Part shown: positions 9,685 to 18,297 of the stretch, piece after piece
How the letters are laid out: each line of letters starts with the position of its first letter
Numbering within the stretch: the first letter of the stretch is position 1
DNA from: Terriglobia bacterium
GTDB lineage: Bacteria > Acidobacteriota > Terriglobia > 2-12-FULL-54-10
Direction of reading: 5' to 3'
Length of the DNA: 64,000 bases
Assembly: GCA_963666975.2 (NCBI GenBank)
Contig: CAXVYR010000004.1
Coordinates: 1,344,001 to 1,408,000, forward strand
Position numbers and translations under genes: made by a program
Notes under the pieces: generated by a model
The model's database searches: none
Told to the model about the DNA's origin: nothing
The model's input: only the letters and a program-made list of their open reading frames with translations

Positions 9685-10566
9685 TTACTGCTGTCCCACA
9701 ATCACGCTGTAGATGCGGTCGAGGTCTTGCTGGGAATAAAACTCGATCTCGATTCTGCCCTGTTTGCCTTTGCCGACCATCCGCACGCGGGTGCCGAGTG
9801 CCCGCTCCATATGCTGAATCGCTTCGCGGATATTAGGGTCCGGGATCACCGCAATGGGTTTCGGTTTCCTGGCGCTGTGCGACTTGGTCAGCGCCTCGGT
9901 TTGCCGCACCGAGAGGCCCTGGGCGACGATGCGGGCGGCCAAAGCCTTTTGCGCGGCCTCATCCGGCAAGGCCAGCAGCGCCCTGGCATGGCCCATGGAA
10001 AGCTCCCCGGCGGCCACACGGCGGCGCACCTCGTCCGGCAGCCTCAACAGACGCAACACATTCGTCACGGTAGCGCGATCCTTGCCGGTGCGGCTGGCGA
10101 TCTGCTCATGGCTCAACTGATGCTCGCGACCCAAGCGCGAGAGGGCCACGGCCATCTCAATGGGGTTCAGGTCCTCGCGCTGGATATTCTCAATCAGGGT
10201 CAGCTCTGGCAACTCATTGCCTTGCACATTCCGTACAATGGCCGGAACCGTCGTTATGCCAGCCAAGGCGCAAGCGCGCCAGCGGCGCTCCCCGGCAATC
10301 ATCACATATCGTTGTCCGTTGGGACGTACCACAACAGGCTGCACCACCCCATGCAGCTTGATGCTCTCGGCAAGCTCGGCCATGCGTTCCGGGTGAAAAT
10401 GTCGGCGGGATTGGTGAGGGCTGGGGTCGATACGCGTCAGTTCAATCTGTCGCACTCCTTCGACGGAGGACGCAGGGGGTAATAATGCTTCCAAACCTCG
10501 CCCCAATCCTCTTCTCGGAGTGGAAGAAACTGCCTTTTTAGGGGTTGCAGATGCGTTTGAGTCCAT
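9685..10566 (-). CDS. parB: Chromosome partitioning protein ParB
   Basis: RRGLGRGLEALL, IAGERRWRA, IENIQREDLNPIE, HTH region. Confidence 0.97.
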   Translation of the reverse strand: MDSNASATPKKAVSSTPRRGLGRGLEALLPPASSVEGVRQIELTRIDPSPHQSRRHFHPERMAELAESIKLHGVVQPVVVRPNGQRYVMIAGERRWRACALAGITTVPAIVRNVQGNELPELTLIENIQREDLNPIEMAVALSRLGREHQLSHEQIASRTGKDRATVTNVLRLLRLPDEVRRRVAAGELSMGHARALLALPDEAAQKALAARIVAQGLSVRQTEALTKSHSARKPKPIAVIPDPNIREAIQHMERALGTRVRMVGKGKQGRIEIEFYSQQDLDRIYSVIVGQQ

Positions 10567-10580
10567 CGTTCAGGCCTCCT

Positions 10581-11510
10581 TCAGGGTGAATTTCCGCGAA
10601 TGTATCTTTTGAGTGACTCCCCCGGTTGACAAATCTCGGTTGGTGATCCCTTAGTTAGTGACTCTCCGGCTGCTGCCTCACTCAGTTGAGGCTCCCCAGT
10701 TTGCATGTTCCGGGAGAGGACCTCCTTGGCGAGACGGATGTAGCACTCGGCGCCGCGGGAGCGCACGTCGTAGAGCAGTATGGGCTGGCCGTAGCTGGGG
10801 GCCTCAGCTAGGCGGATGTTACGGGGGATAACCGTCTCGAACACTTTGCTCGGAAAGTGGCGGCGCAGCTCCTCGGCCACCTGCCGCGCCAGGATGGTGC
10901 GGTCGTCGAACATCGTCAGGAGGATTCCCTCCAGCTCAATTCGCGGGTTGAAGCTGGCACGAATCCGCTCCGTGGTGTCCATCAGCGCCGACACGCCCTC
11001 CAGAGACAAATACTCACACTGAATGGGAACCAGAAAAGAGTCGGCAGCGACCAGAGCACATACCGTCAGCAGGCCGAGCGCCGGAGGGCAGTCCAGAAAG
11101 ATGTAGTCATATTCCGCTTTCAGCGGCTCCAGGAGTTGCCGGAGCCAAAATTCCCTTCCCTCGCGAGCGATCAACTCAATGTCGGCCCCGGCCAGGTCAC
11201 GGTCCGCAGGGAGCAGGAAGAGGCCTTCGACGCATGTCGGTTGTATGGCGAGGCTCAATTGTGAATCGCCGTTTGTGCTGACAAGCTCCTCAACACGAAG
11301 TTGCTGAGGATCGTTGACAAGAACGTGATAGAGGGAGCGCCGCGCGGGGTCTCTGGGAAAGCCCAGGCTGGCGGTGCTGTTCGATTGCGGATCGCAGTCC
11401 ACGAGCAACACGCGGAGTTCCGCAGCGGCCAGCGATGCCGCCAGATTGATGGAGGTAGTGGTCTTGCCGACCCCCCCTTTTTGATTGGCTACGGCAATGA
11501 TCTTTCCCAA
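10581..11510 (-). CDS. parA: Chromosome partitioning ATPase ParA/Soj
   Basis: [10 protein letters not shown] deviant Walker [22 protein letters not shown]; TTG start. Confidence 0.97.
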   Translation of the reverse strand: MGKIIAVANQKGGVGKTTTSINLAASLAAAELRVLLVDCDPQSNSTASLGFPRDPARRSLYHVLVNDPQQLRVEELVSTNGDSQLSLAIQPTCVEGLFLLPADRDLAGADIELIAREGREFWLRQLLEPLKAEYDYIFLDCPPALGLLTVCALVAADSFLVPIQCEYLSLEGVSALMDTTERIRASFNPRIELEGILLTMFDDRTILARQVAEELRRHFPSKVFETVIPRNIRLAEAPSYGQPILLYDVRSRGAECYIRLAKEVLSRNMQTGEPQLSEAAAGESLTKGSPTEICQPGESLKRYIRGNSP

Positions 11511-11639
11511 AAGTACACCGCACTCTACGGTGATCGCTCTACCGCTAGGGCCTCACCGGAGCCTGCTATACCAAATATTGTGTAGAATCTATCAGGTGTG
11601 CAGAGACAAGTAAAGAGGACTTTTCCGGCAGGCGGGCTT

Positions 11640-11671
11640 TGGGGCAATGTTCCACGTGGAACATTGCCCCA
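11640..11671. promoter_or_regulatory. parS site (core 11648-11663) inside a perfect 32-bp palindrome
   Basis: TGGGGCAA-TGTTCCACGTGGAACA-TTGCCCCA, immediately upstream of parAB. Confidence 0.93.
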
Positions 11672-11673
11672 GA

Positions 11674-12342
11674 CTATTCATTAACGGCTGAAGCAAGCCG
11701 CCCTGTCAGAATCACGCGGCGCTCGGAATGCGGGATCGCAACCGGCTCCTCCCAATGAAAGCCGGGAGCTTTCGCCAGCTTCGCGGCGTCATTCTCGCCT
11801 ACGAACAAGGCTATCTGTCCGTCCTTTTGCAGGAGCCTACCTAGATCGTCCAGCACATCGGCGGTGGCAGCGACAGCGCGCATGGTGACCAACGACGCGC
11901 ATGCTGCCAGCTTCCCTCGCGCCGTTTCCGACAATCTTTCCGCTCGAATCTCCATTCCTTCGAGCGCACAACTACGGACCACTTCCTTTAGAAATGCTGC
12001 TTTCTTCTTGTTTGGTTCCAGCAGGACAGTCCTCACAGCAGGAAGGGCCACCTTCAGCGGCAGCCCCGGAAATCCTGCCCCGGAGCCGACATCCACTATC
12101 AATCTCGTTGCCGGTGGCATCATGCCCGTAGCCTGCGGCAACAACTTTGCCAGGAACAGTGACTCTTCAAAATGCCGCGTGGCGATCTGTTCTGGACGGC
12201 GCAAGGCGGTGAGGTTCACCCTCTGGCTCCATCGAACCAGCAAAGCAAAATGCGTGGTGAGCTGATCGAGTTGGCGGTCGCTGAGATCAAGCTCCAAGCC
12301 GAACGCCGCTTCGCGCAGCAACTTCTCATACCAGGATTTCAT
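11674..12342 (-). CDS. rsmG: 16S rRNA m7G527 methyltransferase
   Basis: NLTA, RHFEESL, DVGSGAGFPG, KKAAFL; lies between mnmG and parA. Confidence 0.93.
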   Translation of the reverse strand: MKSWYEKLLREAAFGLELDLSDRQLDQLTTHFALLVRWSQRVNLTALRRPEQIATRHFEESLFLAKLLPQATGMMPPATRLIVDVGSGAGFPGLPLKVALPAVRTVLLEPNKKKAAFLKEVVRSCALEGMEIRAERLSETARGKLAACASLVTMRAVAATADVLDDLGRLLQKDGQIALFVGENDAAKLAKAPGFHWEEPVAIPHSERRVILTGRLASAVNE

Positions 12343-12398
12343 GAAAGGGTGTTTGGGATCAATTGCCGTATATCGTACACGGATGCCTCACGAATGCC

Positions 12399-14396
12399 TC
12401 AGGGTTGCGCACTCGCTTGGCGGCGGCCACCCATCTCCATATACACGTGGAGGATGGAGACAGCCGCCGGGGTCACTCCGGGAATGCGGGAGGCTTGGCC
12501 GAGAGTTCGGGGACGGACGCGTGTCAGCTTCTCCACCATCTCTCGGGAGAGACCGGGAATGCCCTTGTACTCGAAGCCTTGCGGGATGTGGCGGCTCTCG
12601 GCCTTCTTCAACCGCGCAATCTGCTGAAGCTGCTGGGCCAGGTAGCCTCCATACTTGATGTCGATCGCCGCGATATCGAGCTCGATCCGGGTGGGCACAA
12701 AGGGCAGATTTTCTCGCAGCAGGGGCTCACAGTCATCGAGTGAAATCTCCGGCCGCTTCAACAGTTGGCTCAGGGCAGGCCTGTCGGCAGGTGCTTGGGG
12801 AAGTTTGCAATAGAGAGCTTCGCCGAGCGGTGTCGAAGGGTCGGGACGGCACTGCTCGAAAAATTCCTTCACCCGGCGCACCCGTTCATACTTCTGCTGG
12901 AACTCCTGGAAATGCTCCTCTCCAATCAGGCCCACCCTGTGACCGATCGGCATCAGCCGCAGGTCGGCATTGTCGATGCGGAGGTGGAGGCGGAACTCGG
13001 CGCGCGAGGTGAACATGCGATAGGGCTCGTCGGTCCCTTTGGTGACCAGATCATCGATAAGGATTCCGATGTATGCCTGCGTGCGGTCGAGCAAGACCGG
13101 CTCGGAGCCCTTTACTCGCAGGCCCGCGTTGATGCCGGCCATGATGCCTTGTGCGGCGGCCTCCTCGTAGCCGGTGGTTCCATTGATCTGCCCGGCGAGG
13201 TATAGTCCCCGAATCCTTTTAGTCTCCAGCGTATGGTCCAGCTCGGTGGGATCGATAAAGTCGTACTCGATGGCATAGCCGGGCCGTATCATCTCGGCTT
13301 CTTCCAGGCCCGGTATTGAGGCGACCATCTCGGCCTGCACGTCGATGGGCATGCTGGTGGACATGCCGTTCACATAGATTTCGTTGGTGTCGAGCCCCTC
13401 GGGTTCGAGGAATATCTGGTGTTTCAGCTTATCGGGGAACTTCACGACCTTGTCTTCAATGGAAGGACAGTAGCGCGGCCCAATGCCGGAGATCTGTCCG
13501 CTATAGAGCGGCGAGCGGTGCATGTTCTCGCGCAGAATGCGGTGCGTCTCGGCGTTGGTGTAGGCGATGTGGCAGACCACCTGCGGCTGTGAAATTTTCT
13601 TCGTTCGAAACGAAAAGGGGGTCGGCACGGGGTCGCCCGGCTGCGGCTCGAACTTACTCCAGTCGATGGTCCTCCCATCCAGGCGCGGCGGAGTGCCGGT
13701 CTTGAGCCTGCCATGCCGCAGGCCTATGCGCTTTAGGGCTTCACCCAAGTACATGGCTGCCGGTTCACCGCTCCTTCCAGCGGAATAAGTGTTTTCACCA
13801 CAATGGATTAGGCCGTTCAGAAAGGTCCCCGTAGTAACCACTACGGTATTACCTTGAATGGTTCTCCCGTCGCGGAGCTTTACTCCTCGCACTCGCCGCC
13901 TCCCGATACCGGCGTCTTCCACGCTGTCATCCCGAGGAGCAACGCGACGAGGGATCTGCTGTTCCGCTTTCCCCGCTCCCTCCCGGTCGCGGCTCGGATC
14001 CTCAATGACCAGGTCCACCACCTCGGCTTGCTTGATTCTCAAGTTGGGCTCCGATTCCAGCACCTGGCGCATGCGGACGCGATAGAGCTTCTTGTCGGCC
14101 TGGGCGCGCGGCGACCATACGGCGGGTCCGCGGCTGGTGTTGAGCAGGCGGAACTGTATGCCGGTGGCGTCGATCACCTCGCCCATCACTCCGCCCAGAG
14201 CGTCAACCTCGCGCACCAAGTGGCCCTTGGCGATGCCGCCGATGGCGGGGTTGCAAGACATCTGGGCGATGAGGTCCAGGTTCATGGTGCACAGAGCCGT
14301 GCGCAGCCCCATGCGCGCCGCCGCCATAGCCGCCTCGCAGCCGGAGTGGCCGGCGCCGACCACGATCACATCGAATTTTTCTTCAGTCCTTGGCAT
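12399..14396 (-). CDS. mnmG: tRNA modification enzyme MnmG (GidA) with a repeat-derived in-frame insertion
   Basis: [46 protein letters not shown]. Confidence 0.98.
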   Translation of the reverse strand: MPRTEEKFDVIVVGAGHSGCEAAMAAARMGLRTALCTMNLDLIAQMSCNPAIGGIAKGHLVREVDALGGVMGEVIDATGIQFRLLNTSRGPAVWSPRAQADKKLYRVRMRQVLESEPNLRIKQAEVVDLVIEDPSRDREGAGKAEQQIPRRVAPRDDSVEDAGIGRRRVRGVKLRDGRTIQGNTVVVTTGTFLNGLIHCGENTYSAGRSGEPAAMYLGEALKRIGLRHGRLKTGTPPRLDGRTIDWSKFEPQPGDPVPTPFSFRTKKISQPQVVCHIAYTNAETHRILRENMHRSPLYSGQISGIGPRYCPSIEDKVVKFPDKLKHQIFLEPEGLDTNEIYVNGMSTSMPIDVQAEMVASIPGLEEAEMIRPGYAIEYDFIDPTELDHTLETKRIRGLYLAGQINGTTGYEEAAAQGIMAGINAGLRVKGSEPVLLDRTQAYIGILIDDLVTKGTDEPYRMFTSRAEFRLHLRIDNADLRLMPIGHRVGLIGEEHFQEFQQKYERVRRVKEFFEQCRPDPSTPLGEALYCKLPQAPADRPALSQLLKRPEISLDDCEPLLRENLPFVPTRIELDIAAIDIKYGGYLAQQLQQIARLKKAESRHIPQGFEYKGIPGLSREMVEKLTRVRPRTLGQASRIPGVTPAAVSILHVYMEMGGRRQASAQP
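13923..13999. repeat. Family-C plus family-A palindromic repeats inserted in frame in mnmG
   Basis: GCTGTCATCCCGAGGAGCAACGCGACGAGGGATCTGCT matches 30084-30121; CCGCTCCCTCCCGGTCGCGGCTCGGAT matches copies at 7192, 21341 and 39762. Confidence 0.9.
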
Positions 14397-14420
14397 TCCT
14401 GTTAATACTAAACGCTTATA

Positions 14421-15011
14421 CTAAACTGCCACGATGAACTTGGCCACATCCAGATAGACGTTGCGAACTTGGCGAACCTGGAAGCCTGCCTTCCGCACAT
14501 TGCCCACCGTATCACGGATCACCTCCGGGCCGAGCCGCTTACTGATGGGGTTCATCAGGTGCAGCACCATGCTGAAGGGAAACCAGCGACTGCCCGTATG
14601 TTCAAACATTCTGAGTTCCCCCTCGGGCTTGAGTACCCGCCGCAACTCCCGCAGGCCGCGCACAGGGTCGGGCACCGAGCAGAAGGTGCAGGAGGTGAAA
14701 ATTTGGTCGAAGCAATGGTTCGGAAAAGCCAGGTTGTGCGCGTCCATCTCCAGCAGCTTGATTCTCCCGTCGTATTGCTCGGCGCGAGGCCGCGCCCTTT
14801 CCAGCATCTTGTGGCTGATGTCCATGCCGACGACATCCTGATGCGGCGGAAAAAACTGTATATCAAGACCCGTGCCGACCGCCAAGAACAGAACACGTCC
14901 GCGCATCGGAGCATAAAACTCCCGCTTGAGGGGCGCCCAGCGTTTCTCCGGTCCGCGAGAATTGAAAAAATCGTAGCCTGCGGCGGCAGCGTCCCATTTA
15001 CTTCGGCTCAT
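14421..15011 (-). CDS. Class I SAM-dependent methyltransferase
   Basis: VLFLAVGTGLD, GMDISHKML, FCSVPDP..GLRELRRVLKP. Start ATG 15011 overlaps the upstream stop (ATGA). Confidence 0.85.
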   Translation of the reverse strand: MSRSKWDAAAAGYDFFNSRGPEKRWAPLKREFYAPMRGRVLFLAVGTGLDIQFFPPHQDVVGMDISHKMLERARPRAEQYDGRIKLLEMDAHNLAFPNHCFDQIFTSCTFCSVPDPVRGLRELRRVLKPEGELRMFEHTGSRWFPFSMVLHLMNPISKRLGPEVIRDTVGNVRKAGFQVRQVRNVYLDVAKFIVAV

Positions 15012-15391
15012 TGGTTCTCCTGCCGCACCTCGCCTTGAAGAACGGCGTTGGCCAGGTAGGTAAACGCCAGCACCGCCACACCGAGCCCGGCCCCCCACAA
15101 AGCGCCGCGGTCCCATGGCAGCTCGCGGGTTGCCGCGACCGCGGCGATGATCATGCCGGTTGTCATGCCGGTCAGCATCATCGGCAGCATTACCTCAAAC
15201 GCGCCAAAAAAGACCCCACATATGAACTGGACCGGCAATGCCAGCACCATACCCAGCACCATGCCGGCCAGCATGGCGAGAAGCATGTTCCAGCTTTCCC
15301 CCACCAACCCAGCGCACGACATGCCAGCGAGGCCGCCCAGAGCGGCGTTCGATAGGATGTCACCGAGAAGAAAATAAGGGCGCGATTCCAT
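15008..15391 (-). CDS. Small Met/Gly-rich membrane protein
   Basis: About four hydrophobic segments from MESRPYF; many Met residues; translationally coupled to the methyltransferase. Confidence 0.7.
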   Translation of the reverse strand: MESRPYFLLGDILSNAALGGLAGMSCAGLVGESWNMLLAMLAGMVLGMVLALPVQFICGVFFGAFEVMLPMMLTGMTTGMIIAAVAATRELPWDRGALWGAGLGVAVLAFTYLANAVLQGEVRQENQ

Positions 15392-15596
15392 AAAATTCCG
15401 TGGCTGCGATGATCTCGTTTGAGGCTGAAAACACGGGAGAGAAGCAACTCCGCTGACCTTTCCTGTCCCAATCATTCTGGCAGAGGGGTCAGGAAGGGTC
15501 AACGGGTTTGTGGAATGGGGAATCGTCACGAATACAGTTGCGTGCGCCGCCGAAAAAAATCTCGAATCCCGCATTCCCTGATAAAATCTAATCATT

Positions 15597-15695
15597 ATGC
15601 CAACAACAAAAGCGAACCTGACGGCGACGGTGAAAGCGGCCGGCTGAGCGTCCAAGCTCCCGCAAAGAAGGAGAGAACCTGTGCAGTTCTGCTAG
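15597..15695 (+). pseudogene. Relic 5' end of selD, including the Sec UGA but lacking the SECIS
   Basis: MPTTKANLTATVKAAG-TGA-ASKL versus selD MATKTNLTATVKAAG-TGA-ASKL; homology ends at about 15658. Confidence 0.9.
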
Positions 15696-15707
15696 AATGG
15701 GAAAGCC

Positions 15708-15980
15708 ATGAGAAAGACAGTCACCGCCAAACGAGGCAAGACTCGCTCCAGCCCGTTTTCCGGCAAGCAATTGCCTGTTCTTGTCGAACGAGGTGAGGAC
15801 GGCTATTACGTCGTGGAATGCCCCGTGCTTCCGGGTTGCTATACTCAGGGGAAAACGCTGGACGAAGCGCTGCGAAATATTCGGGAAGTGATCGAGCTGC
15901 TTTTGGAGGAAGACCAAGCGCGCGCGTTGCTGGAGTCCTACCAGCCTACCGAGATGGGCCTCCACACGCTCACCTTATGA
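15708..15980 (+). CDS. hicB: HicB-family antitoxin
   Basis: LPVLVERGEDGYYVVECPVLPGCYTQGKTLDEALRNIREVIEL; extended -10 TGCTAGAAT at 15690-15698. Confidence 0.88.
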   Translation: MRKTVTAKRGKTRSSPFSGKQLPVLVERGEDGYYVVECPVLPGCYTQGKTLDEALRNIREVIELLLEEDQARALLESYQPTEMGLHTLTL

Positions 15981-15981
15981 G

Positions 15982-16203
15982 ATGGAGCCCCTGCCGATCC
16001 TTTCCGGAAAAGAACTGGTCCGAATTCTGGGAAAGGTTGGCTACCGGGAGGTACGGCAACGGGGAAGCCATATCCGCCTGAGCTGCCCGGGAAGAAAGCC
16101 TGTTACCGTTCCAAACTACAAGAGCATTGATCGATCACTGCTGCGAAAGATCCTCCGGGACGCCAGACTGCCGCTCGTAGAATTCCAGAAGTGGGCGCGG
16201 TAA
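15982..16203 (+). CDS. hicA: HicA-family mRNA interferase toxin
   Basis: LSGKELVRIL.K.GY..VRQRGSHIRL...VTVP. Confidence 0.9.
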   Translation: MEPLPILSGKELVRILGKVGYREVRQRGSHIRLSCPGRKPVTVPNYKSIDRSLLRKILRDARLPLVEFQKWAR

Positions 16204-16303
16204 AACGGGGCCGTAAGCTAAAGTTTCGCCGGTAGAAATGGCTGGAAATGCGATTCCTTGATCGCGGCTTCCTGGTAGAATCGAGTGTGACTATGGCAAC
16301 ATT

Positions 16304-17359
16304 ATGGCAACCAAGACGAACCTGACGGCGACGGTGAAAGCGGCGGGCTGAGCCTCCAAGCTGAGTCCAAAGGTTTTGGACGCCGTGCTCGGGAAGCTGC
16401 CGCCACAAAAAAACGAAAACGTGCTGGTCGGCTTTGACAAAGCCGACGACGCCGGCGTGTACCTCATCGCCCCCGACTTGGCGCTGGTGCAGACGGTGGA
16501 CTTCTTCACGCCCATCGTGGACGACCCGTTCACCTACGGAGAGATCGCCGCGGCCAACTCCCTGAGCGATGTCTACGCCATGGGCGGCAAGCCCGTCTCC
16601 GCGCTCTCGATTGTCGCCTTCCCCGGCAAGGGCGAAACGGAAATCCTGGAGCAAATCCTGCTGGGCGGCTTATCGAAGATGCAAGAGGCCGGGTGCGCTG
16701 TGATCGGCGGCCACAGCGTCGCGGACGAGGAGCTCAAGTTCGGCTACGCCGTCACCGGCACCATCCACCCGGCGCGCGTGCTCTCGAACGCCTCGGCCCG
16801 TGCCGGAGACGCGCTGCTGCTGACCAAGCGCCTGGGAACCGGCGTGATCGCGACTGCCCTCAAGAAGGGCAAGGCGTCCGAGGAGAGTGTCGCTGCGGCT
16901 GTGGAGTCGATGAAGTCGCTCAACCGGGCGGCTTGCGAGATTTTAGAGCGGATCGGAACTTCCTCCAGCGGCGCGGTCCACTCCATCACAGACATCACCG
17001 GCTTCGGCCTGCTCGGCCATGCCCGCGAGATGGCGCTGGCGAGCGAGGTAACCATCGAGATGGATCATTCCCGCGTGGCCGCGCTACCCGGCGCGCTCGA
17101 CGCCATCCGCCAGGGCTTCCTGCCCGGAGGAATAAAGAACAACCGCGAGTTCGCCTCCTGCTCCGTCTCGGTTGCGGAAGGTGTCCCGGCGGAGATCGAG
17201 TCTTTGATGTATGATCCCCAAACCTCAGGCGGCCTGCTGATCGCCATTTCGTCTCCGGCGGCAGCAGAGGCGGAGGCCGCCCTCCGCGAAGCCGGCGTTC
17301 CAGTTGCCCTCGTCGGTCGCGTCACAGCGCGCGGCGAACACGCCATCGTTGTGGCGTAG
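16304..17359 (+). CDS. selD: Selenide, water dikinase; selenoprotein with in-frame UGA at 16349-16351
   Basis: AAG-U-ASK motif, DDAGVY, VQTVDFFTP, ANSLSDVYAMGG, DITGFGLLGH, DPQTSGGLL. The ORF track starts too late (16376). Confidence 0.95.
16365..16381 (+). promoter_or_regulatory. Putative bacterial SECIS hairpin of selD
   Basis: GTCCAAA-GGT-TTTGGAC stem-loop starting 13 nt after the UGA. Confidence 0.7.
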
Positions 17360-17467
17360 GTCAACCACCAGGAAGTTTTCAAAGCGCAAGAGGGGAAGAA
17401 GTGCGATGCCAACCTCCGTCAGGACCCGCGGCATCCTTCATCAGGCTAAATCGCACGGAGACAAAGC

Positions 17468-17686
17468 ATGAAAACCTTTACGGCCTATATTGAGTTTGAT
17501 CCCGATACTAAACTCTATGTTGGAATTGTTCCGGGCCTCCCCGGAGCCCACACGCAGGCAGCGACCTTGGACGAGCTTCACCAGAACCTCAAAGAGGTGG
17601 TGGAACTCTGCCTGGAAGAGTACAAGGGTCCTGTTGAGTCATTGCCCCGTTTTGTGGGCCTTCAACAGGTTGAGGTAGCCATGTGA
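17468..17686 (+). CDS. hicB: HicB-family antitoxin
   Basis: FTAYIEFD..TKLYVGIVPGLPGAHTQAATLDELHQNLKEVVELCLE. Confidence 0.9.
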   Translation: MKTFTAYIEFDPDTKLYVGIVPGLPGAHTQAATLDELHQNLKEVVELCLEEYKGPVESLPRFVGLQQVEVAM

Positions 17687-17916
17687 GTCGCCTTCCTGTC
17701 GTCAATTTCAGGAAGATGGAGAAAGTTTTGTCACAACAGGGATTTCAAACCGTCCGCCAAAAAGGAAGCCACGTTTTTTATCGTCATCCGGATGGCCGAA
17801 CAACAACCGTTCCCAATCACCCTGGAAGAGACCTTGCTCGGCCCCTCGTCCGGGAAATTCTGCGGGAGATCGAATGGACACCGGAACAGTTTCGAGAGAC
17901 GCTGGGGAAGCTATGA
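17683..17916 (+). CDS. hicA: HicA-family toxin
   Basis: MSRLPVV...GF..VRQKGSHVFYRHPDGRTTTVPNH; GTG start overlapping the hicB stop. Confidence 0.9.
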   Translation: MSRLPVVNFRKMEKVLSQQGFQTVRQKGSHVFYRHPDGRTTTVPNHPGRDLARPLVREILREIEWTPEQFRETLGKL

Positions 17917-17955
17917 ACAGCAACCTTCGCTGTTTACCAAGGGGCCGAGTGGCTT

Positions 17956-18228
17956 TAGACCAATTTCAGAGTTGGTGTAGAGTGCTTCACAGCCCTGCAA
18001 GGGCGGCAGAATCTAGCCCAGGGCGCCAGCCCTGGGACAACGGGGACCAATATTACCTCAAGCCCCAGAGGGGCGAAAGACGCTCCGGCCCTCTTCTTTC
18101 GCCCCTTCCGGGGCTGATCCGGCGTGGCCTTTCCCACCCACGGCTGGCGCCGTGGGCTAAACTCTTGCGCCCCTCTGGGGCTTCACGAGCGTTCTGGGAA
18201 GCTATACAGCAACTATGAATTTGCTCTA
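17956..18228. mobile_element. MITE-like element with imperfect terminal inverted repeats, TA ends and nested REP hairpins (family D)
   Basis: Left TAGACCAATTTCAGAGTTGGTGTAGAG versus reverse complement of right end TAGAGCAAATTCATAGTTGCTGTATAG (22/27). Internal AGCCCCAGAGGGGCGAAAGA...TCTTTCGCCCCTTCCGGGGCT palindrome. Confidence 0.7.
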
Positions 18229-18297
18229 GCCCTGGTCAAACCGTAAGGCCTTAATGAATAGTGTTAGTTAGGAGCAGCCGCAGGGCTCGACGCCTCC

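Noticed and set aside
15597-15695. Functional 32-aa mini-selenoprotein
   Set aside because: The SECIS stem is absent and the sequence after ASKL is unrelated to SelD; treated as a relic.
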